A stretch of DNA of 63,924 bases, filler included, from Octopus bimaculoides (Eukaryota), in NCBI RefSeq assembly GCF_001194135.2. It is 9 parts of 7 records of this genome, joined end to end, with 100 filler letters (N's around TTAATTAATTAA, not from the genome) between each part and the next. Parts side by side here need not be neighbours in the genome. Positions count along the whole stretch, not along the records: positions 1 to 7,083 come from NC_069004.1; positions 7,184 to 11,902 come from NC_068983.1; positions 12,003 to 21,227 come from NC_068983.1; 6 more parts are not named here. The stretch is one strand, 5' to 3'. Below the pieces are notes generated by a model. That model worked only from the letters and a program-made list of their open reading frames with translations, had not been told where the DNA came from and did not search any database. The position numbers and the translations under genes are program-made. Shown piece after piece: positions 1 to 12,184 of this stretch; within the stretch, counting starts at the first letter, position 1; every line of letters begins with the position of its first letter.

Positions 1-92
1 AATACTCTGCAAAAATATAGAACAACCCATCAATTTTAACGTAAAATTGTATTGGTCATAACTGAACATGAAAATAAATAAACATATTGTAT

Positions 93-362
93 ATCATCAT
101 CATCATCATCATCGTCGTCGTCGTCGTCGTCGTTTAACGTCCGCTTTCCATGCTAGCATGGGTTGGACGATTGACTGAGGACTGGTGGACCAGGAGGCAA
201 CACCAGGCTCCAATCTGATCTGGCAGGGTTTCTACAGCTGGATGCCCTTCCTAACACCAATCACTCCGAGAGTGTAGTGGGTGCTTTTACGTGCCACCGG
301 CACGAGGGCCAGTCAGGCGGGTACTGGCGACGGCCACGCTCGAAATGGTGTATTTTACGTAC
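93..362 (-). mobile_element. 3' end of RTE-clade LINE with (GAT)n tail
   Basis: Reverse complement matches 13690-13860, the 3' end of the RTE copy at 12185-13930 (e.g. TTTAACGTCCGCTTTCCATGC here vs GAAAACGGACGTTAAA there), abutting a (CAT)/(CGT)n tract. Confidence 0.75.
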
Positions 363-369
363 TACCTAT

Positions 370-900
370 GGATTGCGACCATGCTGGAGCACTACTTTGA
401 AGGTTTTAGTTGAGTAATTAAGTCCCTTTATTTTTCAAGTCTGGTACTTATTCTGTCGAACTCTTTTGCTGAACCGCTCGTTAACGGGGACGTAAAGAAA
501 CCTATGTCGGTTGTGATGCAGTGGGTGAACACGCACACACATATACGACGGGCTTCTTCACAGTTTCCGTCTACCAATTTCACTCACAAAACTTTGGTTG
601 GTCCTGTGATATAGACGAAGACATTTCTCCCATGGTGCCGCGTATGGGCCTGAACCTGAAACCATGTGGCAGCAAGGTGGGCTTCTTCACCACACAGACG
701 TGCTTGCACATTGGGTCCTGTCTTTTACTAGTTTCAGTCATTAGAACTACGGCCATGCTGGAGCACTGCGTTGAATTTTAGACGAAAGAATCGACCCGTG
801 AATTTTTTTTGTATGTGTGTAAAGCCTAGTACTTATTCTATGAAACCACAGTGTCGAACCGCTAAGTTACGGGGATGTAAACACACCAACACCCTCTACC
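370..900 (-). mobile_element. SINE family B fragments (tRNA-derived-like)
   Basis: Shares GGAGCAC..., GTACTTATTCT, GAACCGCTAAGTTACGGGGA and CTTCTT.CAGTTTCCGTCTACCAA blocks with copies at 53390-53600, 57400-57800 and 60960-61350. Confidence 0.75.
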
Positions 901-1754
901 CACATTTTCCCCATCCACATCTTTACCATAATGGGCCGGGGCCCTAACAAAATCCGATAATAGGCACAGATGCAAATGTATCTAATTACTTGTCTCCTAA
1001 AATCAGGCATAAACTTGGCGATCGGTCGACTTACAAGACCGTTCTTCGTCTTGAGTTTACTTGGTAGAGTGTGTTTGTTAACAAGGTCAAAGTGAGCTCT
1101 GATTGGCTGTATACAAATGATTTCATTACTGGGGTCCAGAACTCTCGTGGGGGAAAAAAATTTCGCGGCCGGGACAATATTAAAAAACACTTCCCCCAAA
1201 GTTCCACGCAGTTGCACTGAACCCGGATCCATGTAGCTAAGAAACAAAGTTCTTATCATACACCCATTCCTGTGTCTGCACTATTTTACAAACAACCGGT
1301 TTTCTTTTGCTTATCTTTCTTCCGATGAAAAGATTCTGTGATAAGACACGTCTAGCTTGAGTTGACTTACGTATCCTGCTAATTTCTTGATATCAATTTT
1401 TTTCTTTTTCTGTATTGTTGCATCATTATGTACGTCTGTTTGCCTGATGCATATTATTCCATTAACCGCTGACCGAATTTTTATACACTGTTGTTAATGG
1501 ACTATCGAGGACTTTTCTTGATTATATTTAATGAAGATGTTTATGTAACGGTCATAGGTGGAATATATAACTGCCACCGTGTGTGTGTGTGTGTGTGGTC
1601 TCTCTTTTGACTGGTCACTTTACTTGGTCAGCAACGTTAAGGAAAATATCTTGTTTCAACCATCATCCTTGTGTTTGTGTATGTATGTATGTATATATGT
1701 ATACATACATACATACATATACATGTATATATATACACATTTTAAAAAAAATAT

Positions 1755-1803
1755 GTGTTTTTGATAAGGTTCGTTTTTTCAAGAACCGAAACATGTAAAA
1801 TAT
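1755..1803 (+). ncRNA. Minimal type I hammerhead ribozyme fold, U3-A8 core variant
   Basis: Helix I GTGTTT(1755-60)/AAATAT(1798-1803); core TTGATAA(1761-67); helix II GGTTC(1768-72)/GAACC(1783-87); GAAA(1788-91); palindromic helix III ACATGT; cleavage triplet GUA(1795-97). Confidence 0.55.
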
Positions 1804-1860
1804 CTCTGAGAAAATTAAATTAAAATTTATTTTATATAGTGGCGTTTTCAAACTTCTTTT

Positions 1861-1895
<35 letters not shown>

Positions 1896-3022
1896 NNNNN
1901 NNNNNNNNNNNNNNNNNNNNNNNNNNNNNNNNNNNNNNNNNNNNNNNNNNNNNNNNNNNNNNNNNNNNNNNNNNNNNNNNNNNNNNNNNNNNNNNNNNNN
2001 NNNNNNNNNNNNNNNNNNNNNNNNNNNNNNNNNNNNNNNNNNNNNNNNNNNNNNNNNNNNNNNNNNNNNNNNNNNNNNNNNNNNNNNNNNNNNNNNNNNN
2101 NNNNNNNNNNNNNNNNNNNNNNNNNNNNNNNNNNNNNNNNNNNNNNNNNNNNNNNNNNNNNNNNNNNNNNNNNNNNNNNNNNNNNNNNNNNNNNNNNNNN
2201 NNNNNNNNNNNNNNNNNNNNNNNNNNNNNNNNNNNNNNNNNNNNNNNNNNNNNNNNNNNNNNNNNNNNNNNNNNNNNNNNNNNNNNNNNNNNNNNNNNNN
2301 NNNNNNNNNNNNNNNNNNNNNNNNNNNNNNNNNNNNNNNNNNNNNNNNNNNNNNNNNNNNNNNNNNNNNNNNNNNNNNNNNNNNNNNNNNNNNNNNNNNN
2401 NNNNNNNNNNNNNNNNNNNNNNNNNNNNNNNNNNNNNNNNNNNNNNNNNNNNNNNNNNNNNNNNNNNNNNNNNNNNNNNNNNNNNNNNNNNNNNNNNNNN
2501 NNNNNNNNNNNNNNNNNNNNNNNNNNNNNNNNNNNNNNNNNNNNNNNNNNNNNNNNNNNNNNNNNNNNNNNNNNNNNNNNNNNNNNNNNNNNNNNNNNNN
2601 NNNNNNNNNNNNNNNNNNNNNNNNNNNNNNNNNNNNNNNNNNNNNNNNNNNNNNNNNNNNNNNNNNNNNNNNNNNNNNNNNNNNNNNNNNNNNNNNNNNN
2701 NNNNNNNNNNNNNNNNNNNNNNNNNNNNNNNNNNNNNNNNNNNNNNNNNNNNNNNNNNNNNNNNNNNNNNNNNNNNNNNNNNNNNNNNNNNNNNNNNNNN
2801 NNNNNNNNNNNNNNNNNNNNNGAGATGATCCTTCTGTTAAGGGCTTGTCTTTTTTTTATTGGGCCCTCTTTCTCTATTTCTATTTCTTGCTGATTTCTTA
2901 CCGACCCTAGTTTCTTCCCCCCCCCTCCCTCTCTCTCTCTCTCTCACAATCACGTCTGGGTGTGCGATTATATATGTGTGTGTGTGTGTATATATATATG
3001 TATCTGTGTGTGTGTGTGCGTG

Positions 3023-3039
<17 letters not shown>

Positions 3040-3057
<18 letters not shown>

Positions 3058-3250
3058 CTATATTTGTCTCCCCACCGTCGCTTTACAACCGATGTTGGCT
3101 TGTTTACGGCCCCGTAACTTAGCGGTTCGACAAAGGAGACCGATAAGTACTAGACTTGCAAAGAAAAAATCCTGGGGTCGATTTGTTCGACTAAAGGCGG
3201 TGCTCCAGCATGGCTGCAGTCAAATGACAAAGAAAAGAATAAAAGAATGT
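3040..3250 (+). mobile_element. SINE family B, 3' half
   Basis: CGTAACTTAGCGGTTCG..GAGACCGATAAGTACT..GGGGTCGATTTGTTCGACTAAAGGCGGTGCTCCAGCATGG, near-identical to 55790-55960. Confidence 0.8.
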
Positions 3251-3380
3251 GTATACATATGTATATGTGTGAATGTGTGTGTATGCTTGTATGTATGTAT
3301 ATATGGATGTATGGTTATCCGTGTATACATAAAAAAAATGCACACGCACGCTGGAAACTTGATCCCTATCTCTTCTCCTA

Positions 3381-3433
<53 letters not shown>

Positions 3434-4012
3434 CGACCCTTACCATTTTCTTCCTTCCAATCTTCTCTCTCTCTCTCTTTCTCTCTCTCAGTTATTTCAA
3501 GAATTTCCACTTGTTATCTGTCGAGATCATTGATATAGCGCACTCCCCCTCCCTCTATCTCATGTTATGGTTATAGACACATGTAGGCAGGTTTTTAACC
3601 ACACACATGTATACATGGCACGTGTGTGTGTCTGTGTGTACATGTATGTATTTGTGTTTGTATGGAAAGCGCGTGGTCAAGCGGTCAGCGGTGTTGCACT
3701 CACGATCCTAGTGTCGTAGATTCCAGTCAGCTCTTGAACCGAGTGGCCCGTTGTGCCCTTGAACAAGGCATTTCATTCATTACTCAGCCGTAAATGTGTA
3801 CCAGATGAGTTTAGCGGTTTAACATGATAAAAATGGCCGAAAGAAAGATGGTGAATAAAAGGGGAACCAGCCCCGAGTCGGACCTACGGTTTCAATTTAA
3901 ACCGTACACACGCGCATGCGCTCTCGTTGTTAAGTAACGATCCAGAAAAGGATTCAATACAGGGTTAGAGTATGAATCCCGTAGCTGTCACTCAACTTGC
4001 TTTTTATATATG

Positions 4013-4058
<46 letters not shown>

Positions 4059-5663
4059 NNNNNNNNNNNNNNNNNNNNNNNNNNNNNNNNNNNNNNNNNN
4101 NNNNNNNNNNNNNNNNNNNNNNNNNNNNNNNNNNNNNNNNNNNNNNNNNNNNNNNNNNNNNNNNNNNNNNNNNNNNNNNNNNNNNNNNNNNNNNNNNNNN
4201 NNNNNNNNNNNNNNNNNNNNNNNNNNNNNNNNNNNNNNNNNNNNNNNNNNNNNNNNNNNNNNNNNNNNNNNNNNNNNNNNNNNNNNNNNNNNNNNNNNNN
4301 NNNNNNNNNNNNNNNNNNNNNNNNNNNNNNNNNNNNNNNNNNNNNNNNNNNNNNNNNNNNNNNNNNNNNNNNNNNNNNNNNNNNNNNNNNNNNNNNNNNN
4401 NNNNNNNNNNNNNNNNNNNNNNNNNNNNNNNNNNNNNNNNNNNNNNNNNNNNNNNNNNNNNNNNNNNNNNNNNNNNNNNNNNNNNNNNNNNNNNNNNNNN
4501 NNNNNNNNNNNNNNNNNNNNNNNNNNNNNNNNNNNNNNNNNNNNNNNNNNNNNNNNNNNNNNNNNNNNNNNNNNNNNNNNNNNNNNNNNNNNNNNNNNNN
4601 NNNNNNNNNNNNNNNNNNNNNNNNNNNNNNNNNNNNNNNNNNNNNNNNNNNNNNNNNNNNNNNNNNNNNNNNNNNNNNNNNNNNNNNNNNNNNNNNNNNN
4701 NNNNNNNNNNNNNNNNNNNNNNNNNNNNNNNNNNNNNNNNNNNNNNNNNNNNNNNNNNNNNNNNNNNNNNNNNNNNNNNNNNNNNNNNNNNNNNNNNNNN
4801 NNNNNNNNNNNNNNNNNNNNNNNNNNNNNNNNNNNNNNNNNNNNNNNNNNNNNNNNNNNNNNNNNNNNNNNNNNNNNNNNNNNNNNNNNNNNNNNNNNNN
4901 NNNNNNNNNNNNNNNNNNNNNNNNNNNNNNNNNNNNNNNNNNNNNNNNNNNNNNNNNNNNNNNNNNNNNNNNNNNNNNNNNNNNNNNNNNNNNNNNNNNN
5001 NNNTATATATATGTATATATATATGTATGTATGTATCTGCGCGCGCGCATACATGTCCTGAGTGAACCTTATCCGATGGTTCTTGCTTTAAGGTGGGAAG
5101 GGGGGAATAAGGTGTGTCCGCCCCCTCCCCAAGAAACTAGGGTTTCCAAAGTCGATTACTAAAGAAAAGAATTTAAAAAGAGGATTAAGTCCATTGTGTT
5201 TCCTGATTAAGGAGTCGGTCCTTTGTCCCCTTCGTTTCATCTATGGGGGGAACAAAAAAATTAAAGGTCAGGGCTTAATGCTGAGTGACCCCTAGAGCCT
5301 TTAATTTCCCTCCGTCTTTTAATAACTTTTAAAGGTTTTTTTTTCCCCTTGGTGTATTTATTTTATTCCTTGTACTTTCGTTCGAGAGACGTGTTTGCCA
5401 AGGTGAACGAGGTCTTCTATTTCCACGTACACTTGCGCGCTCGCACAAAGCACGCGCACACGCACGCATGGCTAACTAGTTAGATAGATAGACGGATAGC
5501 CAGTTAGACGGAGGGATAGATAGATAAATAGAAAGACATGCATAGATTTGCATACTTAGACTTAACATAGATAAATAGTTATATGTACTTATGTATGTAT
5601 GTATATATGTAAATATATGCATTTATATATATTACACATACATACATACATATATATATATTA

Positions 5664-5700
<37 letters not shown>

Positions 5701-6108
5701 TATTCGTGCACACACAACCACTGATTTTCACTTTTGACAGTTGTATGCACACACACACACACACACACACATGTACTTTGTCTTTCTCTGAAGAATTCCT
5801 TTATTGGTGACCCCTAAACCGCCAGGTGTAATTGGAGGCTAGATTGGGATGGGATGGGAAAGGATAGAAGGGGATAGCAGAGAAAGGTCATTCGGTACAT
5901 ATGTAAGTAAGCCACTTTCTCTCGACATCTCTTGCCCCCCATCCCTCTTCACCTACTGCCCCTCCTCCTATTCACCGACCAACACACGCCCTCTGCCAAG
6001 TCCTTACTGAATGTGTTCAGAAGTTGGTGGTGGTCGTTGAGGTTAGATAAGATATTGGTTTCACAGACCCCGCCCAGATTCATGTTATGTACATCTGCTG
6101 TGTGTAAC

Positions 6109-6178
<70 letters not shown>

Positions 6179-7083
6179 ATACACTTAAATACGCACTCTC
6201 GGAATACACGCACACATATATGCACATGCCCGTGAGTGCGTGTGCGTTACATCTTTTAGAGGTAGAGTAGATGGGTATAGGGAGAGAAGTTGAGAGAAAA
6301 AGACAGTTTGGGAGAATAAGGAAACAGAAAGGATGTCGGACAGAACGTATAGCAAATGTGGGGAAGTGTGGCAAAAAGAAAGATAGATATATGTAAGTTT
6401 ACCTTACGTTTGTTTAGTGTGTTTGTATGTACTAGTGTTGAAACTACCCCCTCTTGCTACTCTGTTTCAAGAACGCTCGCCCATCGTGGGTAACGAACTT
6501 TCGTGATACTCAGAGTACGAACACTTATGTCAGCACTATTTACACTCTACTTCTGTTTTAATCACCGTGTATATGAATAAGTTGTATATCTAATGTTGAA
6601 CTATGCTTGGCAGTATATATGTGTGTGTGTGTGTGTGTGTGAGTTAAGACTCACTTAGATGTCCAAAGACGACTTTTATGGAAGGTACGTGAAGAATTCT
6701 GGATTTTCCGTTCACGAATTAGGGTTCACCTTTTAATTGAGATCGAATACTGGATAATACTCTGTGTGTGTGTGTGTGTGTGTACAAGAGAAGAAAATCT
6801 AATTCATAGTTACACTCCATCATCCTGATTCTGTCAGCACTCGATATCGTATCCTGCAAATTCCATTAAGGGCTACCTTACAGCAAACTTAGAAGTGGTT
6901 CTTGAGATATCTTGTCCACGGACAAACCAACAAGCAAACACAACTGAAAACAATACCTCCGCCTTCGCTAAGGCAGAGTTAATAATAGCTGTACAAAACG
7001 AAATGAGATCTTTGCACTCGTTCACCCTCTTACATCTGTGGTATTTCTTTTCTGAACTGGATCGAATTGTCACAATGCCCCCC

Positions 7084-7183
7084 NNNNNNNNNNNNNNNNN
7101 NNNNNNNNNNNNNNNNNNNNNNNNNNNTTAATTAATTAANNNNNNNNNNNNNNNNNNNNNNNNNNNNNNNNNNNNNNNNNNNN
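7084..7183. other. Assembly linker N44-TTAATTAATTAA-N44 (six-frame stop spacer)
   Basis: Identical 100-nt structure; the 12-mer lies at 7128, 11947, 21272, 27580, 36973, 48324, 52404 and 62645, each flanked by exactly 44 N. Confidence 0.95.
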
Positions 7184-7217
<34 letters not shown>

Positions 7218-7359
7218 TGTATATATACAATATATATAATCACACACACACACACACAAGTTTGTGTATGTGTCTGAGCAGATAGCACGTAGCATAGGGG
7301 AACGGATAGGTGGATACTGGCAGAGCTCAAAGAAGAGAAAAGCTCGTCAGTGCTCTACC

Positions 7360-8437
7360 ACCATGCTAGTTAGGACATAGAGGCTCGGTTAATAACATAG
7401 ATGTTAAGGTATTACAACACGTAGAACAGACACGACACTTAAATAGATTGCAGAAGCCGTACTTATTGTAGTAGAAAGACCGAGCCTCAACAGAAAACAC
7501 GAATGGAACAATAACACCCCACCACCACGATGGTTTGGCCAGTTCCACTCGGGAAATTTTTCTTTCACCCTTGATATGGATGACTGCGTAATGTCAACAG
7601 TGAGCTTCTGACTACCGTAGTTAAGGAAAAGCAAGCTGCAAGAGAATTAGCAAAATGGTTCAATTCAGGTTACAGTTCGATCGCAACACAGATTCTTGAA
7701 TTTGGAAAATTTTTCTAAACTTGGTCAGTAAGTCCCTCATCATGTGGTTGCTTCTCATCTTAATCAAAGATTTTCCCTCTGCTCGCTATTGAGAAATATA
7801 TTGGCTACCAAATCTTATCTGGGTAGAATCATCACAAATGATGAAAACTAGGTTCTCTATAATTTTATCCAATCAAAACGATAATGGTTTGCACCCGCTG
7901 GGAAAGGAAATTCCATTTCCAAACCAGGACTACATCCTCCAGACGTTATGCTCTCTGTTCAGTGGAGTATAAAGAGTATCGTCTCTCGTGAAGTGTTAAC
8001 CCAAAACGAAATAGTTTATGTGGAGAAGTATTGTCATCATGTGGAAACATTTGCAGAAACGAGCCCCCATTACTGGGTGTTGCTCTTGTACAATAATGCA
8101 AGACAAAATATTGCCGAAATTACACAGGGAAAAATTATGACGCTAAATATGAGAAATTTGCCTAATCCTACTTGCTTTACTGACTTTTATCCACCTGAAT
8201 ACCATCTTTTTTTCAAGAAAACCAGTTCAATTCTTGCGAAAAGATTACCAATAATATATTGAGTGTTTCTTTTTTTCAAAACCAGAAACATTTTACATCC
8301 AAGGGATCACCAATTTGCCAAATAGCTGGGATTATCAGTAATAAAAAATAATATCGTGATTAAATATATTGATAAGGATCAAAGAAGCATTTGTTTCTTT
8401 TCCATTTTGAAATGCCTCAGTGTTTTCTATCCAACCT
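7360..8437 (+). mobile_element. Decayed mariner (Mos1-like) transposase copy
   Basis: Translated fragments WFGQFHSGNF, RIITNDEN*VLYN (7825-7863), KPGLHPPDVMLSVQWSIKSIVSREVL, LLLYNNARQNIA and FTDFYPPEYHLF match the mariner motifs RIVTGDEKW, KVMLCVWW, LHDNARPH and YSPDLAPSDYHLF. Stops and altered catalytic D positions indicate an inactive copy. Confidence 0.85.
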
Positions 8438-9299
8438 AAAAATAACAAAAAATCTACATTTATCTTATTATGAAATTGATTTTGAAGGACTGAACAGTTT
8501 GGATAATGTCTATTGCATATCGATACAGCTTATTATTGGGAGGGGGCGATCAAACAGGTTTCCGATTTGGAAATGTGCAGAATTTTGTACTCTGTGTCTA
8601 TCCTCTGATAACTCAGTTATGGCAGTCAAATTCAGTAGAAAACAATCTAAAGGTTGCGGCCTTCTTAGACTGAAACATTTTCTCTCAGTATAAATCGCAT
8701 CCCAGCGTTGTCATGTTTATGTAATATTTTGTTCTCTTGCTACATATTCGTACATTTGCATACACACCATTAATCACAGCATATTTTTCTCTAAAATTCC
8801 CCCCTCTCTCTTTATCTCATCTCATTTTATTATCTTTTATTTTACAATCTTTCGTCTCCAGTTTTCTATAGCTTGTAACATTGTTATTACATTTGGCTTC
8901 GCCAGTCTTTTGTTTCTCCCATCAAAAATCCAATACATTGCCAACCATCAGCTGTCGATCAGGAGACAATGTAGTTTATATCACCATAGAGACGACTCTT
9001 GATAAATTAATTCTTTATTATTCAGTAACCGTCCAACACAACATCTGCCCGTATCTCTGTCTAATTTAGTCTATTCATACATTTTTTAAAGACAACAAAA
9101 TTCCAAAAATATGAGATTAAAAGATTCTACACCACATAATCCTGAGAATATATTCATCTTTGGCTGAATGGTTGCAAATTACTGCACAATATATCAGTGA
9201 CATCTGCCGATTCACATTTACATTTACTGATTAAATGTTAAACATAAATTTACGAAACATTCCAATAATTTTATAACAGATTCGACGTTAAACATCATA

Positions 9300-11560
9300 A
9301 ATTCATATTCGAAGATGATATTATCTGGATCATAGAATCAGCCATTCCCATCTATTTTTTCCAGCAACTTCTGTTGTGGCTTACGGAAATGATTGTGTAA
9401 TCTCTTCATGCGTAATTCTTCTTCATACCTTTTTGTAATTCTTCCTTTGTTTTCCTTTTATTGTCAGCTCTCAATACTCCCTCGTTCCTAACTGTCACTA
9501 GCTAGGTTTCCTTACTTTGGGATAGGTAACTTATTAAGCTCTCGAGTTCGATACGTGCACAGTCTTCCGCACTTCTTAGTCCCCTTCCTCCTCCATTTGC
9601 TCTCTTCATGTATAGGCGATCAGCTACTGCACGTGGCTGATGGTCTCCATGCATCGTTAGGAGCATTCATGACTTCCTGTCCATCTCCCTTAACTTCACC
9701 TCTGTCCAATTCAGGACTCCAGCGCCATACCAAACTACTGCGACTGCGGGCCTGTTGATTGTCGAAATTATGTTTCGGGCATTCAACTTTGAAGCAAATA
9801 TTCTTCTCATTCGCCGTAGGTACTCTCTTTTTGTATCATCCTTCATGACGTGGTGTTCGATTCCATCTGCCTCATGTACTGCCAGGTATTTATAGCTGGA
9901 TTAAGTTTGAATTGCCTTCGTCATTTCATCACTTGACAACAATATGCCTTCAGTCTTGGTAAGCTTTCCTCGTCTCATCATCATCGTAGCACATTTTGAG
10001 AGTCCAAACTTCTTAATATCATTGGAGAAAATCCGTACAGACTGGACTAGGCTGTCCGGTTCTGCCCCAGTTTCTGTGAATAGCTTCAGGTCATCCATGA
10101 ATACCAAGTGGTTTAGTCTTCCTTACCTCTTCGCAGATCATACCCCAACTTTGTTTTTTGCAGTATTTCACCGAAGGAGATAATTCTCAGCACTAATATC
10201 AGTGAGGACACTCTGTTCCCCTGGAGGATTCTTCTCTTGATTTTCACCTCTCCAGTTACTTTCTTCCCTGCTCTCAATTCCATTCTCAAATATTTCATGC
10301 TATTCCATATAAGGCTTCTCATTTTCTGCTACGCCATACGTTTCCATTTTTCTTATTAACCAGGAGTGTGGTATCATATTGTATGTTTTGCGATAGTCAA
10401 CTCATGCCAAGCTCAGGTTTGTATGTCTTCTCTTGCAGTTCCTGATAATTACACTATCAATTAAGAGCTTATCCTTCGTTCTCCGGCTACTTTTTCGGCA
10501 TCCTCTCTGTTCAATGAGTAGCAGCCCACATTTTCCTGCAAGTATCTGTACAGTTCACCGGCCAAAGCACCTGACATTAGTTTCCACATTAGCGGAAGGC
10601 ATGTTATTGGTCTAAAGTTGGATGCAACATTTTCCTTTTGAGGATCTTTGACACATAACAATATCTTTCCCCTTGTCATCCAGCTGGGTACTTCTCCTTC
10701 ATACAAGCACTCATCTAGCTGTTGTGCTATCCTTTCATGGAGCTCTCTCAGCTTCTTCATCTAATACTCTTGGACCCTATTCCGTCCTAGGCTCTTCCAA
10801 TTTGGGTATTTTCTTAACTGATTTTTTAAATAATTTCTCCAATTATCTTTATGTCGTCTTGGATTTCTATATTTCTTAACCTATCTTGGATTTCATGCAG
10901 CCAGTCCACTTCATCATTATGCGCTACAGGTTGGTTCTAGATCCCACTCCAAAATGCCTTGCTTTTCTCTGGTATCATTGTTAACTGTTCCATTTCTTGA
11001 AAGAGTTTCTTCTCTTTTGCCTCAACTCTCTTTTTTCTATAGTCGTATGTTTCCAATTTTGCTATCATTGCTGTTACTCTTTGTTTCAGTGCTTCCAATA
11101 TCACATCATAACCTTTATCTCTTATTCTTTATGTCCTTTCCAGCATTATTCTTATCCTTTCATTCTGTAATTCCCCTCTTCTCAATCTATCAACTTGTCC
11201 TAAACGGCTTTTTAACTTTGTTTCTCACAAATTGGTCAACTCCAGGATGGTTATTTACGTTCTGCTTGTTCTTTTCTTTTGTATCCAACTCTATCTGTAG
11301 CCACCATAGCTGCAGCCCAAAGAATCGTGTTGGGTTCCGTTATATTTCTCGACTGGAATAGCCCAAGAACCGAATCTGTTTTTCAGTTTCAATTTGAAGC
11401 TTGTGTTAATCAATGTACCTCAGACTGGCGGTGGTGGTGTGGGGTCTGCTGGATCCTGGTCTTCTCTAATTTATCGGCTCAGCATCCTCACTATGTGTTC
11501 GTCATTATCGTAATCTTATATTAATTACTCTCCCTATTATTTCTGCTTCATTTTCTGAGG
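9300..11560 (-). mobile_element. R4/Dong-like non-LTR retrotransposon, frameshifted
   Basis: Minus-strand peptides NTILWAAAMVA, GEVPSWMTRGKILLCVKDPQKENVASNFRPITCLPLMWKLMSG, RRILQGNRVSSLILVL and VFMDDLKLF (RT catalytic motif) occur in the expected order. Confidence 0.85.
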
Positions 11561-11634
11561 ATGCATTTATATTTACACTTTGCTCTACAACTTCACTGCC
11601 GTCTTTTATTTTTTAAATTACTTTTTACTACTAC

Positions 11635-11635
<1 letters not shown>

Positions 11636-11711
<76 letters not shown>
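11636..11711. repeat. (TAT)n microsatellite
   Basis: Perfect trinucleotide run. Confidence 0.98.
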
Positions 11712-11714
<3 letters not shown>

Positions 11715-11902
11715 GTTTGACTTTTGTTTTGCATTTGTACAAGTTGGATCCAAGTCTCACCCAGAGACCTCAAGAGACAACAAGTTAGAAGTTCATGTAG
11801 GTGTTATGCCTAGGGTACCATATATTTGGATTTGTACAGTTTTGTTCAAGTGAATGTTTAAGAAACCATAAGAAAATTATGTGTTTGCTTTAAAATTTGA
11901 GA
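11712..11902 (-). mobile_element. Interspersed repeat abutting (TAT)n, probably a LINE 3' end
   Basis: Second diverged copy at 43052-43250 (ATATGTTT..TGTACAAGTTG..AGTCTCACCC.GAGACCTCAAGA.ACAACAAGTTAGAAGTTCA), also directly after (TAT)n. Confidence 0.65.
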
Positions 11903-12002
11903 NNNNNNNNNNNNNNNNNNNNNNNNNNNNNNNNNNNNNNNNNNNNTTAATTAATTAANNNNNNNNNNNNNNNNNNNNNNNNNNNNNNNNNNNNNNNNNN
12001 NN

Positions 12003-12045
<43 letters not shown>

Positions 12046-12184
12046 GTGGGCACAGGCTGTCATGAAACGTGTACAACAAAAATATACAAAGTACGAGTAC
12101 ATGAAATATGAACGATTTTTTCTAACAACGAAAGACACAAATGGAAAACATGACAAACAACATAAAGAACGACCCTTCATCAGT

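Noticed and set aside
7128-7139. TTAATTAATTAA as a biological palindromic motif
   Set aside because: It is always centred in exactly 44+44 N, so it is an assembly linker.
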